A stretch of 64,000 nucleotides of DNA from Pavona decussata. Taxonomy: Eukaryota. The DNA lies in NCBI GenBank assembly GCA_977016875.1, contig CDRNST010000004.1, forward strand, positions 806,001 through 870,000, written 5' to 3'. Below the pieces are notes generated by a model. It saw nothing but the letters and a program-made list of their open reading frames with translations. It made no database searches and was not told the origin of the DNA. A program made the translations under genes and the position numbers. Shown here in pieces: positions 1-13,240 of this stretch; within the stretch, counting starts at the first letter, position 1; every line of letters starts with the position of its first letter.

Positions 1-2330
1 TCAAGGTGATTGTGAAAGGACTCCAAGGAAGTTGATCCTCTAGCAGAGCGATAAACTGGCAACTTTACTGCGCCCTTGACTTTTGTCCCCATCTTAGTAT
101 ATAGTTGAACACCATCTGGGTACTGCAGGCATGGTATGTGTTTCTGCTGCGATTCCCATATGGACCAGATGCGTTCCCGTCCAAAAGGTGAATCCGGTGT
201 GAATCTGTGGTACAGTGAACTGCGATGTGGTGCATGAAATGCCATACATCAAGGTGAATAACAAGGCTTTCCCAGGCAGTAAAGAGAGAGCTGACTTTTC
301 TCTCACCACAGCAGTACTGGCGGTGGAACACTAGCCAGCTCATAATGACGGATAATCCTCGATCCCATTGGGTGGAACCAACTTCCCTCACTTGCTGTCA
401 AGACACTCATGAGAACTTGTCCAAATTCATTGCCCACATTTGTAACCCAGGCCGCTGTTCCAGCAGCTCACCTCAAGCTTTTTTGTTACCTAAAAATAAA
501 CTTTTTTATAAAATATAAAATTTATTTGAAAAATGATCAGCGGGGGTAATGGGGTGAAGGTTGAGGGATTTATATATAACATTTTAATTAGTACCTTCTG
601 AGTGGAGTTAATCTAAGGACACTGCCAAATGTTGATGTAATCGAGGCCTTAACTTCCTCAACGTGTGACATGACATTGCTCCAGTACACTGTTAGCAGCT
701 AGCCAGCCTTAGGAACAGAAGGGCAGGTTGGTGGATCTTCAAACTTTCGGGGTAGCACCAGTTGCTGTTTGCTTGCCTCCACAATAATTGGCAATCAGTA
801 AGATAATTGGCAACACGTTGAAGCCAGACCTCATTATGCTGCTCAGACAACTTTTTCTGTAACTGGGATGAACTGTTTCAAGAGCTGCGCTGCATCAGGA
901 ATCTGACCACCTACATGTCACATGGGTAATTGTATGTGATTGTAATTGGGAACTGCCTCCTTTGCCCTACGTATAGTTGGTTGAGAATAGCCTGACTCCA
1001 GCTGATGACTTTCCTCTTGCACTTTGGGCACTCTAAACATTCAGTCACCAAGGAGTAGTAGCCATCCAAGTCAAGCACTTGTCTCACATGTGGGTACAAT
1101 CCTGCGCTTGTAAGAGGTTGCTTGTCACATTCTGCATGTGGACAGTATATTTACTTGCCACAACTTCCTTGACATCCAAACAGGGGCTGAATAAAATATT
1201 TATTAACAGCTGGAGGTTGGTTCACTGTCAGTGCTGCTTGCGGTGGGTACCACCAGAGTTTGTTGGCTTTGAAGATGTACAGCTCTGGTCTCCCTCTGCC
1301 GGACCACTTAAGGTTACCCGATACCTTCAGAGGTGTCTCGCGTTTTAGCGATGTAGCGCATCCAGTTTAAACTGAGGATACCTAAACCCCATATCAAGTT
1401 AAAGCTTATAGAGCTGACTATCAAACGATGCCAAGAATTTTGAAATAAAAATAAATTGTCGAATTTTTCACGACCTCTAATTGCAAGCGTCCGAATCACC
1501 TTTTAAAAGCTACAAGTCAAAGTGAATTTTGTTTTTTGCTAATTAAATTTGCTCCTCAGTTTCCGAACCCAAAGCGCTAAAAAATTGTGTCTGCGTTTTG
1601 TCATATTCAATCGCAGTGAAAAGTTATAGAGCATTTTCGAAAAAGGATGTAAAAAATGTGGAGTAATCGTACAAAAATCGCTCTCTGAGAAAAAATATTT
1701 CGAAAGAAAAAATTTGTAGACACGTTTTTGTTGTTTATATGTTAAACTAGCTACTGTCCAAATTTGAAGGCAAACGAACAAATTCCTTTTGAGTTTTAGC
1801 TCTTTGAAGTGGCTCCTCCAAGTGAAAAAAATTTATTCGAGAAAACAGCACTAAAAATGCGGCAATTCATTTTATTTCAAAATTCTTGGTTTAGTTGGAT
1901 AGCCAGCTCTATAAGCTTTAATTTGATATAAGGGTTCAGGTATCTACAGTTTAAACCGGACGCGCTACATCGCTTGGACGCAAGACACCTCTGAAGACAC
2001 CTCTGAAGGTACCGGGTAACCTTAAAGAGTGCCCTTGAGACCCAGGTGTGGTATGGCTTTGGAAGACCTCGCTTCCATTCTTTAGGTAGAGGGCAATCTA
2101 GGTCTCATAAAGTAAAATAAAATAAATAGCAAGGTGCAACTTCTATGAACAAAAAAGTTGAAGAGGTCAGGTATCAATATTTAAATACCTTGAAGTTCAG
2201 TGACGCGATTGACTTCCGGTTGCTGAGGTTGAATGGTGGTTTTCAGTTCAGCTGCTGCGGACAGAAGCATCTCATCTGGTGAAATGTTGGTATGGATACT
2301 GAATTCGTCGCTGGGTTTTCCTGGTTTGTG
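1..2330 (-). mobile_element. Degraded DUF6729-type DNA transposon gene (multi-exon pseudogene; runs off window start)
   Basis: Minus-strand peptides LWWYPPQ, VRQVLDLDGYYSLVTECLECPKCKRKVISWS, STQK|VTKKL..AAGTAAWVTNVGNEFGQVLMSVLTASEG and HLDVWHFM..CTTDSH. GT-AG intron at 490-594. Frameshifted, and split by the MITE at 1312-2021. Confidence 0.65.
1312..2021. mobile_element. Non-autonomous Kolobok-like MITE
   Basis: TTAA duplicated at 1308-1311 and 2022-2025. GG...CC termini with ~120-bp imperfect TIRs (ggttacccgataccttcagaggtgtct / agacacctctgaaggtaccgggtaacc). Removing it rejoins the host frame (WVSRALFKWSGRGRPELY). Confidence 0.85.
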
Positions 2331-2759
2331 TTAAAAAAATTTCAAAGTATAACTATTAATCATATAACGCATCGAACAAGATCAGCAAGGTCAACATCTT
2401 TCATGAAAAAGAAATCAACGTTGAAGCTCTCAAGTTATTTTATGTAGGATTTTAAAAAATGAGAAAAAATTCCGAAATTGTTAATTCATTAACAGTTTAC
2501 AGAGAAATTATTTATATTTTTTGTACCAATTCTGGTAAAAAAGTTGCAAATATTTTTTTGCAATTACATTTATAATTGTTGCATAAAAATGTTTCATACC
2601 AAATAAAGTACATAAATATCTTGACAAATTTCCACCTTGGTAATCTTTGAAAAGAATATTTTGATTTTACGTGAATTACTGATTCTCAAGAATATTTAAA
2701 TTGCACAAATTGAATACCTCAAAGTAAACAAATTACTTCTGTACAATGTCATTGAATGT

Positions 2760-4893
2760 TAGTTAATTATTGTTGAGCCTCTCAATCAGTACTATCAGCA
2801 AATGAAGCAGCAGCTGTTTTTGCTACTGTTCCTTTTTGAACTCTAGCTCTTCCTTCAATTTTGTACTTATTTTTCTGCCTTATCTCTCAAATACACCGTT
2901 GTTTTGGACCCACTTGCTCTTCCTTTTGACCTACTCTCACCTTCCTCGCCTTTTGCCTTCATACTCTGGCTCAGCTTTTACATGGAAAGCCTTTTGATCT
3001 CTTCTGCCGTTGCTTTCTCTTTTTGATCGCTCTGTTCACTGTTCACTCTCTTAGTAAAGCAGTGCGTCACACGTGGGTTTCCAGTCTATCTGGCAAATTT
3101 AAAAGTGTTAAAGAACAAAGTTGAATGTAAAGAATTTTAAATGTGGATACTGAAGCAAACATTACAAAAATTTTCACTCGAAAATTTAAATTGTTTGTCT
3201 CAATGAAATAAACACTGAAAATTGTTGACAAGTAGCATGCGGACCATTGGAGAAACAGACTACACCTCACTATTTCTATACCTACGATAAAAAAAAGGTA
3301 TACATTATCTCACATTGTCATCCGACATTTTCATGTCATCGATGAAGAGATGCAAGGAACATAAAAGTTTCTTTCATTGAACTTGCCTATGTTCTGCTGG
3401 CAAGAAACATTGAAGTGTCCCCCTAAATTGTCAGGCGAGTACAAAAGAAATTGTCCTGGACCTGGAGTGGGACAAATGTTGCAAATAGTACTACGTTGCA
3501 TGCTCAACAAAGGATAAAGGCAAAACTTTTCTGTGAATATGAACTTCAACAACCTGTTTTAAGAACCTGTAAATCAAAATCTTTTTGGAAGCTATAAATA
3601 TTGCTTACATCCAAGAGAATGGTCTACCTTTTAAATGCATTGTTGGACAGCAAAATAATTGTCATACAACAGGATACACAGGCTGTTTGCTTGTTTGTGA
3701 TGAGGTTCTGAAGCCTGAACAGTTTTTCTGAACCAAAATCAATTCATCCGTTCTGGTTTGAAGCCAGCTTAATTGTGTAACAAAGCTAAAGTAGGAGATT
3801 AGTGAGTCTTAAGCTAGTGCCTAATCGCATTGAACCACAGCTTGTTTGCAAGATTGAACAGAATTTGTATGGAGGTCCAATTGTTCTAAGATATTTTCAC
3901 ATAAACAGTGCTGTTGGCCGGTAGAAACTGTCCTAATGAACTTCAAGTGGTGCCACATTTTATCAAGCATCACTTTTCAAAGCTATCAGAGGTTGTTTTG
4001 TTTTGTTTTTTTTTTTTCAGATATTTTTTCTGTACATATGAGTTATCATGTACCATTTTTACTCATCATCTGTTGCTGTGTTCCACTAGATTTTGTGGGC
4101 CTTATGAACGCGTTCCTCTAAGAATGGAATGTTTAATTTCTAGCTTTCTCTCAGAGTGTCTGTCATGTTCCCTAAGCATTCTTTTTGCATTGCTATTTCT
4201 GTTCCCTTGCATTGAAATGACATATTCCCTGTTCCTTCAGTCCAGCACTGTAAGTTCAGGAAAGGCTGTCAGTACATGGGTGTTCAGTCTTGTAGCATTG
4301 ATTCTATCAGGCTAGTTACTCGATATCTTTGTTTATATGGTGAAGTGTTTTCAGAGTTAAGCTCCAAATGGTGGCATAAATGGAGAAGGAGACCGACTAA
4401 ACTGAGGCGGTGAAGCTGCATTAAAAACATGGGGCATTCGTGCTTCATATCTGTTGGGAAATCGGCGAGGAATATCATAAAAAAAAGAAAATGACACTTG
4501 TGTAGGCCAACAAAAAAGTGATCAAGCCACGCAACTTGCGTTGCATGAGGTGAAAAGTTGGTAGCATAATTGCCTTCTAACGTTTCACCCTCTCGGGGAT
4601 GCATCTTCAGTTAATCGTGAGAAGAAACTGTGTCGTGATTTCGTCGCGTTTGACGCCTAACGCGGGAATCCCTATCTGATAAAACCCACGATTTTGAAAT
4701 TTTTTTGCTATCAGGTTTCTTAAGTCAGCCGTAAGTCATGTTTGAAACAGACTTAAGAACTGCTTAGGTCGTTTGAGTTTGCCGACACTAAGACAGAAAT
4801 CACGCTTCTGTGACTCAGCGGTTCACACCTGTCATTTTCACTAAGTCAACTTAAGAGATTACTAAGTCGGACTCAGTGGTCTAATGTGAACCC
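2760..4893 (-). mobile_element. Possible PIF/Harbinger remnant (accessory coiled-coil/Myb-type gene fragments plus one terminus)
   Basis: Charged coiled-coil-like frames at 2760-3060 and 4100-4600. Clustered aagtc/gactt motifs at 4720-4870 end in ...ctaatgtgaaccc. No transposase seen. Confidence 0.3.
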
Positions 4894-5409
4894 ACTGAAC
4901 ATCTTACCTTAACTTTGTAGGAAGCTACTGAATCTCCATGTCCCTTCAATGGATCCAAAAAAGAGCAAACGGAAAAGGCGGTTATATTCCTGTATTCCTG
5001 AAGCTGGAAGCGAAGAAATCTTACTCTTATTGGAAAAATTAACATTGTAAAACCTTAGGTTTTTACACAATTGTCCTAGTATGTGACTGCGACTCAGTGC
5101 TAAGATTATTAAAACGTTTAGAAGAATTTAAGAATTTGTGTAAGTGGCTTAGAAATTAACACAAGCAAAACCGAGGCTATGTGGCCAGGTACCTGGAAAA
5201 ACCGCACAAATGACCCTTAGGCTTCAAGTGGCTAGATGATCCGGTTCTCGGCCTTGGAATATACTTAAGTTACGATTCCGAACACGCTAGGATGCTTAAT
5301 CTGGAGGAAAAGATAGATAAATTGGAAAAACCCCCAGTTACTGGAAACGAAGAAATCTTACTCTTATTAGAACATTTAACATTTTAAAAACCTTAGGTTT
5401 GTGTAAATT

Positions 5410-5584
5410 TAATTATAGCACCTCTGTATTAACAATGTCAAGACATGATGTGGAGAGAATCAACAGAATCAGTTTCAACTTTATTTGGGATGGCAAACCT
5501 GCGAAAATAAAAAAGAATACTATTATTGCTGAAAGGAGTATGGCGGTTTAAAAATGATTGACTTTGAACTTATGGAGAAGTCGC
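5410..5584 (+). mobile_element. L1/Tx1 LINE ORF2 fragment
   Basis: Encodes INRISFNFIWDGKPAKIKKNTIIAE..GGLKMIDFELMEKSL, a post-RT region motif. Cut at its 3' side by the piggyBac. Confidence 0.7.
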
Positions 5585-5588
5585 TTAG

Positions 5589-7960
5589 CCCTTTTAGTGC
5601 CACGATTTGGGGGGGGGGGGTACCTTGATAGTGCCAGCCTAATATAAGCCTAAAAAAGCTAAGTAGTCCAATCAAGACAAGCTAACCATCATTTTATTCC
5701 TTGGAGAATTGCCTTTCACATGACGTAAGTTGTCAAGATGACAAGTTGGTTTCTATGGACACAGTTGTGTCACATTATGGAAGATTTTGTAATCTTGCAG
5801 ACAAGATGCATATCCTCAGAATCAAGTTACAAAGAGAAACATTGTATCAAATGAAACTTATGTCCTATATGTCCACACCACCCATGTGCTCATTGTACAT
5901 AGTCAAAGGGTGGGGAAGTCGCTTGACTGTTACATCACGGCATCTGTGGTCTACCATTTCAACAGGGAGTCCAGTAGACAGCATGAAACACGGATTTTTC
6001 TGCGACTTTTTTCCTTCCATGCCAAGGCCAGCAAAGGTCCCTTTCTAAAGTACAAACAGTCTTGTTCTTTGGGTTTCGCAGCGTTGAGCATTTGTGGAAC
6101 CCCCTTTCTGTTTGAATGCAATGTTCCTGTTAAAAGGGGCCTCTTTGAGTACAAATACTCAGCGAGGGTGGGACTTGTGTAAAAATTGTCAACAAAAAGG
6201 TGGTAACCTTTGTTGAATAGACCAGCTTCAGTTATAAGTTCATCCACCGCATCATAGGAATGACCGAACTCTGGTGATGGCCGAGAGCACTTTTTTCCAC
6301 AGTAGATCAAAGTGTGAAGGGCAAATCCAGTGGCAGAATCAGTGACAGAGTAAAGTTTCATTCCCCACTTGTGGTGGTGTTTGTTAGGAATGTCCTGCAT
6401 TAGTTCTGACCTGTTTTTCATACCAATCAAGCTCTCATCAATAGAAATTAAACAATGAGGAACAAAATACCTCTTACACACATCATTCAGACAATTCAAT
6501 AATACAGTTGAACCTCTCCATAACGGCCACCTTGGGGACAGAAGAAAGTGGCCGTTGTGGAGAGGTGGTCGTTATGGAGAGGTAGGGGTGTAATATGACA
6601 CCTTTTTTTTTCAGGAAGTACAACATGTTTATTGTGCCAAGTTCATGCTTACTGTAGCCTATAATGACAATCCAATCTTAAATAATATAATTATATAGAT
6701 AAAATACACAATAAAACGTAAATAATGCTCTGAATCAAAATGTTAACAAGACGAAACGAGCAAGGTTCGCAACATTCGCTATGTTATTGCATTTATATGC
6801 TTACTGCAGCATATAAATGGCACACGATCAAAATAGGTATATCATTAAAATGGATACAGAAACGTAATATTCCGAAGACAAATGTCGATTACTGCATCAG
6901 TTTATAAAAAAAAGTTTTTACAAAAAAGAACTGTACTGGCCGTTGTCGAGAGGTTGTTTTGGCAGTTGGGGACGCACTTCAGTGGCCGTTGCTGTTGTAG
7001 AGAGGTGGCTGTTGTAGAGAGCTTTAAACAAGAGCTAATGTATGGACTGTCCGCCGGGACAAAAAAATGTGGCAGTTGTAGAGAGGTGGCCGTTGTGGAG
7101 AGGTGGCCGTTAGTGGAGGTTCAACTGTAATCTAACTTGTGAAGGGGATCATACCACTCTGAGTTTCGCTGAGCATCTTCACTCTGGTTGTCATGGCAGT
7201 GCAGAAACTTGGAAACAAGTTGAAACACATTTCTTGACATCACGCATTGAATGTAAGGGGTTGAGAGACAGGCGAACTTGTCAGACCAGTAGCTTTTCAC
7301 ATCCTTTATCCGCACAAGCCCCATCAACAAAGACAGCCCAATGAACTTTTTCAGTGTGCTGACTCGGAAGTCAAGCGTTTCCCACCATCGCGCTCTGCTG
7401 TGAGGTCACAAATTTTCACCTGCTTCGCGTATCTTGGTCTCCAGCACAATCTTTCCCAAGAGTTGGGTGGTTAAAAAGAGCTGAAAGTAAACCATTGGAG
7501 ATGAATCTGCCGCAGGTATGTTTTGGATTCCAGGATTACAGACAGTGATGTTTTTCAGGTTCAGGTGGAGAAACCAGCATCCAAAGTGCTGCTATCTCCT
7601 CTTCTGTAGAGCTGTCCGAATCACTGCCAGATTCAGAACATTCGTCTTCACTGGGAGAACAATTTTCAGACACTATATTGCTACTCTCCGCTCCAGAATC
7701 ATCATCCAAATCTGACATGTGAGTACTGCCGCTATGCGACGCCATGTTGATTTCAACGTGCCACGTGGTTGTTTTTGGATCACGAAAGCTGACGAAAGCA
7801 CTCGAATTATTCCTGTTATGTATATGAATTACTTCCGAGATGATTCTTCTTTTTGTTAGGGAAACTTTGATTGGTCAGAAATGCTTTTGCCTTCGCTTAA
7901 ACTAATAAGATTCTTTGTTATGTTTATGGGCCGATGAGATCGGCCCTGGCACTAATAGGT
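5589..7960 (-). mobile_element. piggyBac transposon with PGBD4-like transposase pseudogene
   Basis: Terminus (ttag)CCCTTTTAGTGCCA with degraded partner TGGCACTAATAGG near 7947-7960. ORF pieces 7536-7745 (acidic N-terminus), 7121-7330 (MSRNVFQLVSKFLH) and 5951-6499 (SIDESLIG, KWGMKLY, LFVDNFYTS). Cys-rich C-terminus near 5750-5830. Confidence 0.9.
6505..7127. mobile_element. Tc1/mariner (pogo/Tigger-like) MITE nested in the piggyBac transposase
   Basis: TA duplication at 6503-6504 and 7128-7129. TIR cagttgaacctc..taacggccacc / ggtggccgttagtggaggttcaactg. Repeated gtggccgttgtggagag subterminal motifs. Confidence 0.9.
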
Positions 7961-8524
7961 GTTTACGCTTGGGCCGATTTGATTGGACCGTTGGCATGTT
8001 AGTTAAAATATCTTGGATTAAATGATTTGCAGAAAATAACCACACTGCGTGGAAAATAATTCCTGAGCACACATTGAGCCAACATTTTTTTAATAATTTC
8101 ATTGCCTTACAGAACACAAAATAAATGATTACAATACAAGATACTACTTGGTTGATAATGCTTACAATACTTTACTTACAATGTTGACACTAATAGTATT
8201 TACAACAAATTACAATGAAAAGAAAAAAACAATAAGATGGTACAAAAGGGAAGAAAACGAAACGCAGATAACACGTGTTACTTACACAGACCTTACTCCA
8301 AAAAATTATGCAAGCTGAAGAGTTAACAAGACAAAAAAAATATTAGGTTGATTACAGAAAGCATTACTAGTATGTGGGAACGAAGATAAAGAGCAGATAG
8401 CTGTGAGAAGCTCATTGGTGACAGCGTATGTACGAGATGGTTGGCAGAGTTTGAAGATATTGAAAGATAGCTGCAATTGCTTCAGAAGTAGTCAGAAGAA
8501 GTGATACTATCAATCAGTAGAAAT

Positions 8525-11052
8525 GTGACCGTGCACGGGAAAACGTACCTTAACGCTTATCCGTTAAACGGTTGCTAACGGACGGATAGATAACGGATAG
8601 TTAACGGCCTGCACAGCATTCTAACGTTTTATCCTGTTCTAACGGTTATCTAATTGTGTCTAACGGATGATCAACGCGTGCTAACGCTTTGTTCTAACGT
8701 TCTAACGGCTAACTAAGTATTCCTAACGGATGAAGAAAATGTTCTAACGGTTGCCCAATTTGTTCTAACGGATGACTGGAGCCGTTTAACGGTTGTCTAA
8801 CGGTTTACAACTAACGACTTTTAATGAACGAATAGCTTAGCTTTCAGTCCGATGCTATGAACACATAACCAGGCCAAACCATTAGTTGTCTTACACTCAC
8901 GTTTTTAAAAAAAGAATCGCAAAGTGCCGACTTCGTCAGTCGTCAATGAGACAAACATAAGTATACTTATTTCCACTGAAAGCAAAATTCAGTGATATAA
9001 ACTATTACTTCCTCATCGAGATAAACAAACGCAGGATTCAAGTCCTTCGATGATGATTATCGTGTGAGATGAGAAGTTAGTCCGAGGCTAACGTCGCTAA
9101 ACGAGCGTGTAAACAATTTCACTTGCCAGTCGGGGTGAAGATTTTTTATTGTTTACTCGTATGGTTTTGTCGGATATACTTTGTCTTATTTTACACAATG
9201 AGTTTGTCTTGAGTTTTTTTTTTTTTTTTTTAAAGAAACTGTTTAATCCAGCTGTGGATTCTCGGAGTTGATACATGAGTTCCTATAGTATTCTCTTTCA
9301 GACTGGGCACAGTTTAGATGATCCTAATGGGCTTTTACACTTTCTGACTTTTCTCTGTCGGAGAGGTTAGCAGCTCTTTGAACTTTGTTTGTATTTTGCT
9401 GACAGGTAAAACAGAGATCGGTTGCTGGTTTTGAAATGACCACATTAGGATGAAACTGGTTCCACAGCTGTAAAAATTTCCTGTGGCTCACTGCCCGTAC
9501 ATCCGAATTTGTGCATGCTGCTTCATAGACTCGCCAAACGCCAATCTTTGATTCGGATGATGACAGGACTTTGATCTCATCACTTTTGAAGCCGGGTATT
9601 CTTCCTGGGAGGCAGATTGCGTTTTCCTCGACGTAGTTGGTCAGGAATGTGCGTACTCCTTCTACTGTAGCCTGAGATAGTGTGTTTTCAGGTAATCGTT
9701 TAGTGTTACTGTGAATTCTGGGACAAATACCATTAGTCTGATAGTGTTCCTTCAGCCGTCGAAATCATGAATTACTCAGTCCGTATAAGTGAAGAAACAT
9801 CTCCTTGCATATAGGTACTGACTGGAAATAAAAGGTGCATCGAGGATTCCTGCTTCTTTTGATACCACTGGACTCACGGTGAGTGAAAGCTTGTATGCTT
9901 GCGAGAACCACCAAATCAAGCTCGTCATTTGACAGTTCCAAGCAATTATTTAGGTTGAAAAGTACAACAGTTTCCGTAAACTGTCCAGAACATGGCCCGC
10001 CTTTTGCGCCAAGAGCACAACCACAACCATCCTTTAGAAATTTGTTAACTTTTTCAAAGGCACTTTCGCTTTCTATTTCATCTAGATCTGTTTCGGCCAT
10101 AGCGTTGACTTAACTGTCTCAGAAGTGACTGAAAAGCGAAGTTATGTCCGTCGTCATAGTAATCGAGAAATTAGCATTTCGACGACCAGTGTTGCGTGAC
10201 GACACGCGAGCACAAGTCTGACATGTGATCAGTGTCAGATACTCGCTTCGCAGAATGTTTTGATGCATCGCATGGCTATTTTGGTCGAGTTTTCACCGTG
10301 TTTGTTTCGTCTGTTTATGGCATTTGTAAGGTATTTTTAACTTTCATTTGTTCACGAATTAAAATAACAAATTACAAGCTCTCGTAACAACCGGACTTGG
10401 CCAAATAAATAATAAAACAGTTTGTATAATGACCCTCGTTGTTATGATTTTATTATGTTGTTTCTGTTTGCGAAAGCGGCAGACGTCTTTTGTTTTGGAT
10501 CTGTATAATAGTTATAGTAAGAACGCGTTATTGAATTTCATTCGAGTTCTACTTATCAACGATAGGGGCATCAAAATAATAATCGCCAAACTTCTCGTTT
10601 GCAAGATAGCTATATCTCATGATTGTTTTGAACTAAATGGAAGCCAACTGCAAGATTCACCCTCCGTTAGGCTCTCGTTTCACACTGTGTTTAGGCGACC
10701 ACATTCTACTTCAACGCGTGTCATGCCATTCTAACGGAATCGTTACCCGTTTAACGGGTGCTGGTTTATTCTAACGGATCCTAACGGCTTCTCTAGCCAT
10801 ACTAACGGATACAGATTGTTTGCTAACGGTTATGCTGTACAGTCTAACGGTCTGATGCTAACGGCTAACGGATACATGTCTTTTGCTAACGGCTGCACTA
10901 TCCGTTCTAACGGCCTGATGCTAACGCCTAACGGTTGGGCTTACGCCTCTAACGTTTTTAAGAAAACTTTCTAACGGATGACTAACGGATGCTTAACGCT
11001 TTTGCCTGTTTAACGGATAAGCGTTAAGGTATGTTTTCCCGTGCACGGTCAC
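8525..11052 (-). mobile_element. Sola-superfamily DNA transposon, internally deleted
   Basis: 4-bp TSD AAAT at 8521-8524 and 11053-11056. ~45-bp TIR gtgaccgtgcacgggaaaac.taccttaacgcttatccgttaaac. Transposase N-terminal half at 10100->~9250 (GCGC, PICKEMFLHLYG, LPGRIPG, KPATDLCFTC) with one in-frame TGA; catalytic domain missing. Confidence 0.85.
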
Positions 11053-12292
11053 AAATATATTCTGCAAGAGGTTCCCATTTTTCCATATCACCGCTTTTTG
11101 TTTCCAACTCGAGTCTTGATTTCAGAAAGCGTAAATAATGGTCAAAGTTAGGGGACGTTTCTTTAGATTTGGCTAGCCAGATATGATGTCGAGCTAGAAG
11201 AAGCCAATAATTAATTTGAAGTGCAAATTTTGACGTATCTGGCTTTAGACCAAAAGCTGTAATGTTTAATAGGGTGGAGGTTTCGGGCATTAGTTTTATA
11301 CTTTGCAGCCATTCTGATGCTCTTTTCCAAAAGTTAGATGTTTCGTGGCATGTCCAGAAGAGATGCATGAATGACTCAGGGCCTTCTTGACAGAAAGTGC
11401 AATTATCATTTGCCTGAAGCCCAATTTTATATAGAAAGTCATTGGTTGCTAGACGTCTGTGAAAAAATGTAAACTAGAATTCCATCAGTTTGGTACTCCT
11501 GGTGCATCGTGATGTCAAAAGGTATGCTGAGTTCCAGTCGAGGTTTAATTTCTTGAGTAGTTACAATCTAGAAGCCATTTCATTTGGCTGTTTTTTGGCG
11601 CTTCGCCTTTGATTCTTGTTAGTATTTTGTATACAAGTGAGCTTACCTATTTAGTCGCTAAAAGCTTAGTGCAAAAAGGTTTGTACTCCTTACTATTATC
11701 ATGATAATCCACTTCTTTATGGAGGGTCTTTACAGCCGATATTATTCCGAAGAATTTAAGAGGAGAGACACTCAAGCTGTATTTTAATTGAAATTCGTTC
11801 AAAGAGAGAAAGTTGCTGCTTTCTGTTTTTTTTGCAAATGTTTCACTTTTGTAATTCCTTTAGCACACCAGTCGTTAAAAAATATTGGTTTGTTTGCTAT
11901 TCTAATTAGAGAGTTTTGCTATAGGTTTTGTTCTTGAAACTGCACCTGGGATTTTATTTTTGTTCGAAGTTGATCCGTAGCTTTAATAGATGTTGTGGTG
12001 TCTTTAACATTGAGATTGCCAGCAAAAATATTTTCACTACCATAATGTTTTAGAGCCAGATCAAAAAACATTTCCCATTTTGCATTATTGGTAGTATCCA
12101 GATATTTCTTGATCCATGTTGTTTTTAGAGCTTTGTTGAAAGAAATAAGATCAATTATCCTTAGGCCTCCATCACATTAATCATTTATCATAATTTTTCG
12201 TTTGATTTTGTCGCCCTTTCCGTTCCAAAGAAACTGATAAAACAGCTTGTTGATTTGGTTTAAAGCATTGTAATTTGATGGCAACGGAGATA

Positions 12293-13240
12293 CAGTGCTG
12301 TCAATAAGTTTTGAAGTAGACGTCCCGACTGAGAAAGTAGTCGGCAGCCGAGCTTCCTAGGGGGGGTCTGGGGGCATGCCCCCCCCCCCCCAGAAAATTT
12401 TAAAAATTTAGATGCTTGGAAATGCTATTTTCAACGTTTTCCAGACTGTATTTGGGCCTTTATAAGAACAATTAAAATTAAGACTATATTAACCATATTC
12501 TATGTTTATTACAAGCGTTCTTTTCATCAAAATCTCAATCACTGGGTTTTGGAAAGGAGTGAAATGATAAATCTTCAACTGCTTATTCAAAAAAATACAT
12601 TCAATGTTTTAAGTTCATGTTGTCCTTTTGACTTTGCCCTTTGACGACCTGGTCAGGTGTACACTAATTGGTAACAATACTGAAGTTAAAGTAAGTTGCC
12701 CATATCAGATTCATATAAATTAAGCACTTTCTTCTGACATGCAAAAGCCTGGGATCTAGTCCTGTGAAAATGTCCCAGGCGTTCCACGACCCTTCTATCA
12801 CCTCGATCTGCTTCAACTTTTTATACTTTCACCGAAAAGCGGGCGAAAGGTTAATACGTTTAAAACTCCTGAAATGTGCCTTTACTTAGACCCAGACGTT
12901 TGAACCGGATGTTTTACAATTATTTTTGCGGGATCTTTTCATTATTTTAAGCCGGTTTCTTGCTGGATCCTGTTCTCTGAAAATGTCGCAGGCGTTCCAC
13001 GACCCTTCGATCAATTTCCATCGCGCGAAGCAAAGTTAAACACGATTTAAACTCCTGAAATGCGCCTTTATTTCGACTCAGACGTTTGAGGCGGATGTCT
13101 CACAATTATTTTTGTTGAATCTTTTCCTTATTTTAAGTTTCTTACCAAAATTAACAGTAAAGTGAGACGAAAGTAGCCGGCCGAAGATTGGCCAGTAGCC
13201 GGCTGTTTTGGCCGGCTACCGGCCCTTATTGACAGCACTG
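12293..13240. mobile_element. Non-autonomous hAT-like element with 6-bp TSD
   Basis: Perfect 16-bp TIR cagtgctgtcaataag. GAGATA duplicated at 12287-12292 and 13241-13246. Excision restores the L1 frame VYLLSPLPSNY. Internal ~200-bp diverged duplication (gaaaatgtc.caggcgttccacgacccttc near 12766 and 12979). Confidence 0.85.

Noticed and set aside
5013-5400. ~55-bp direct repeats as LTRs
   Set aside because: No TG..CA ends, PBS or PPT. More likely a local duplication.
9765-9767. In-frame TGA in the Sola transposase as selenocysteine or readthrough
   Set aside because: The context S*FRRL fits CGA-to-TGA CpG decay, the element is deleted and non-autonomous, and no SECIS was recognised.
8640-10960. 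CRISPR-like repeat/spacer pattern in the TAACGG arrays
   Set aside because: The repeat is only ~6 bp and lies within the subterminal regions of a TIR/TSD-bounded transposon.
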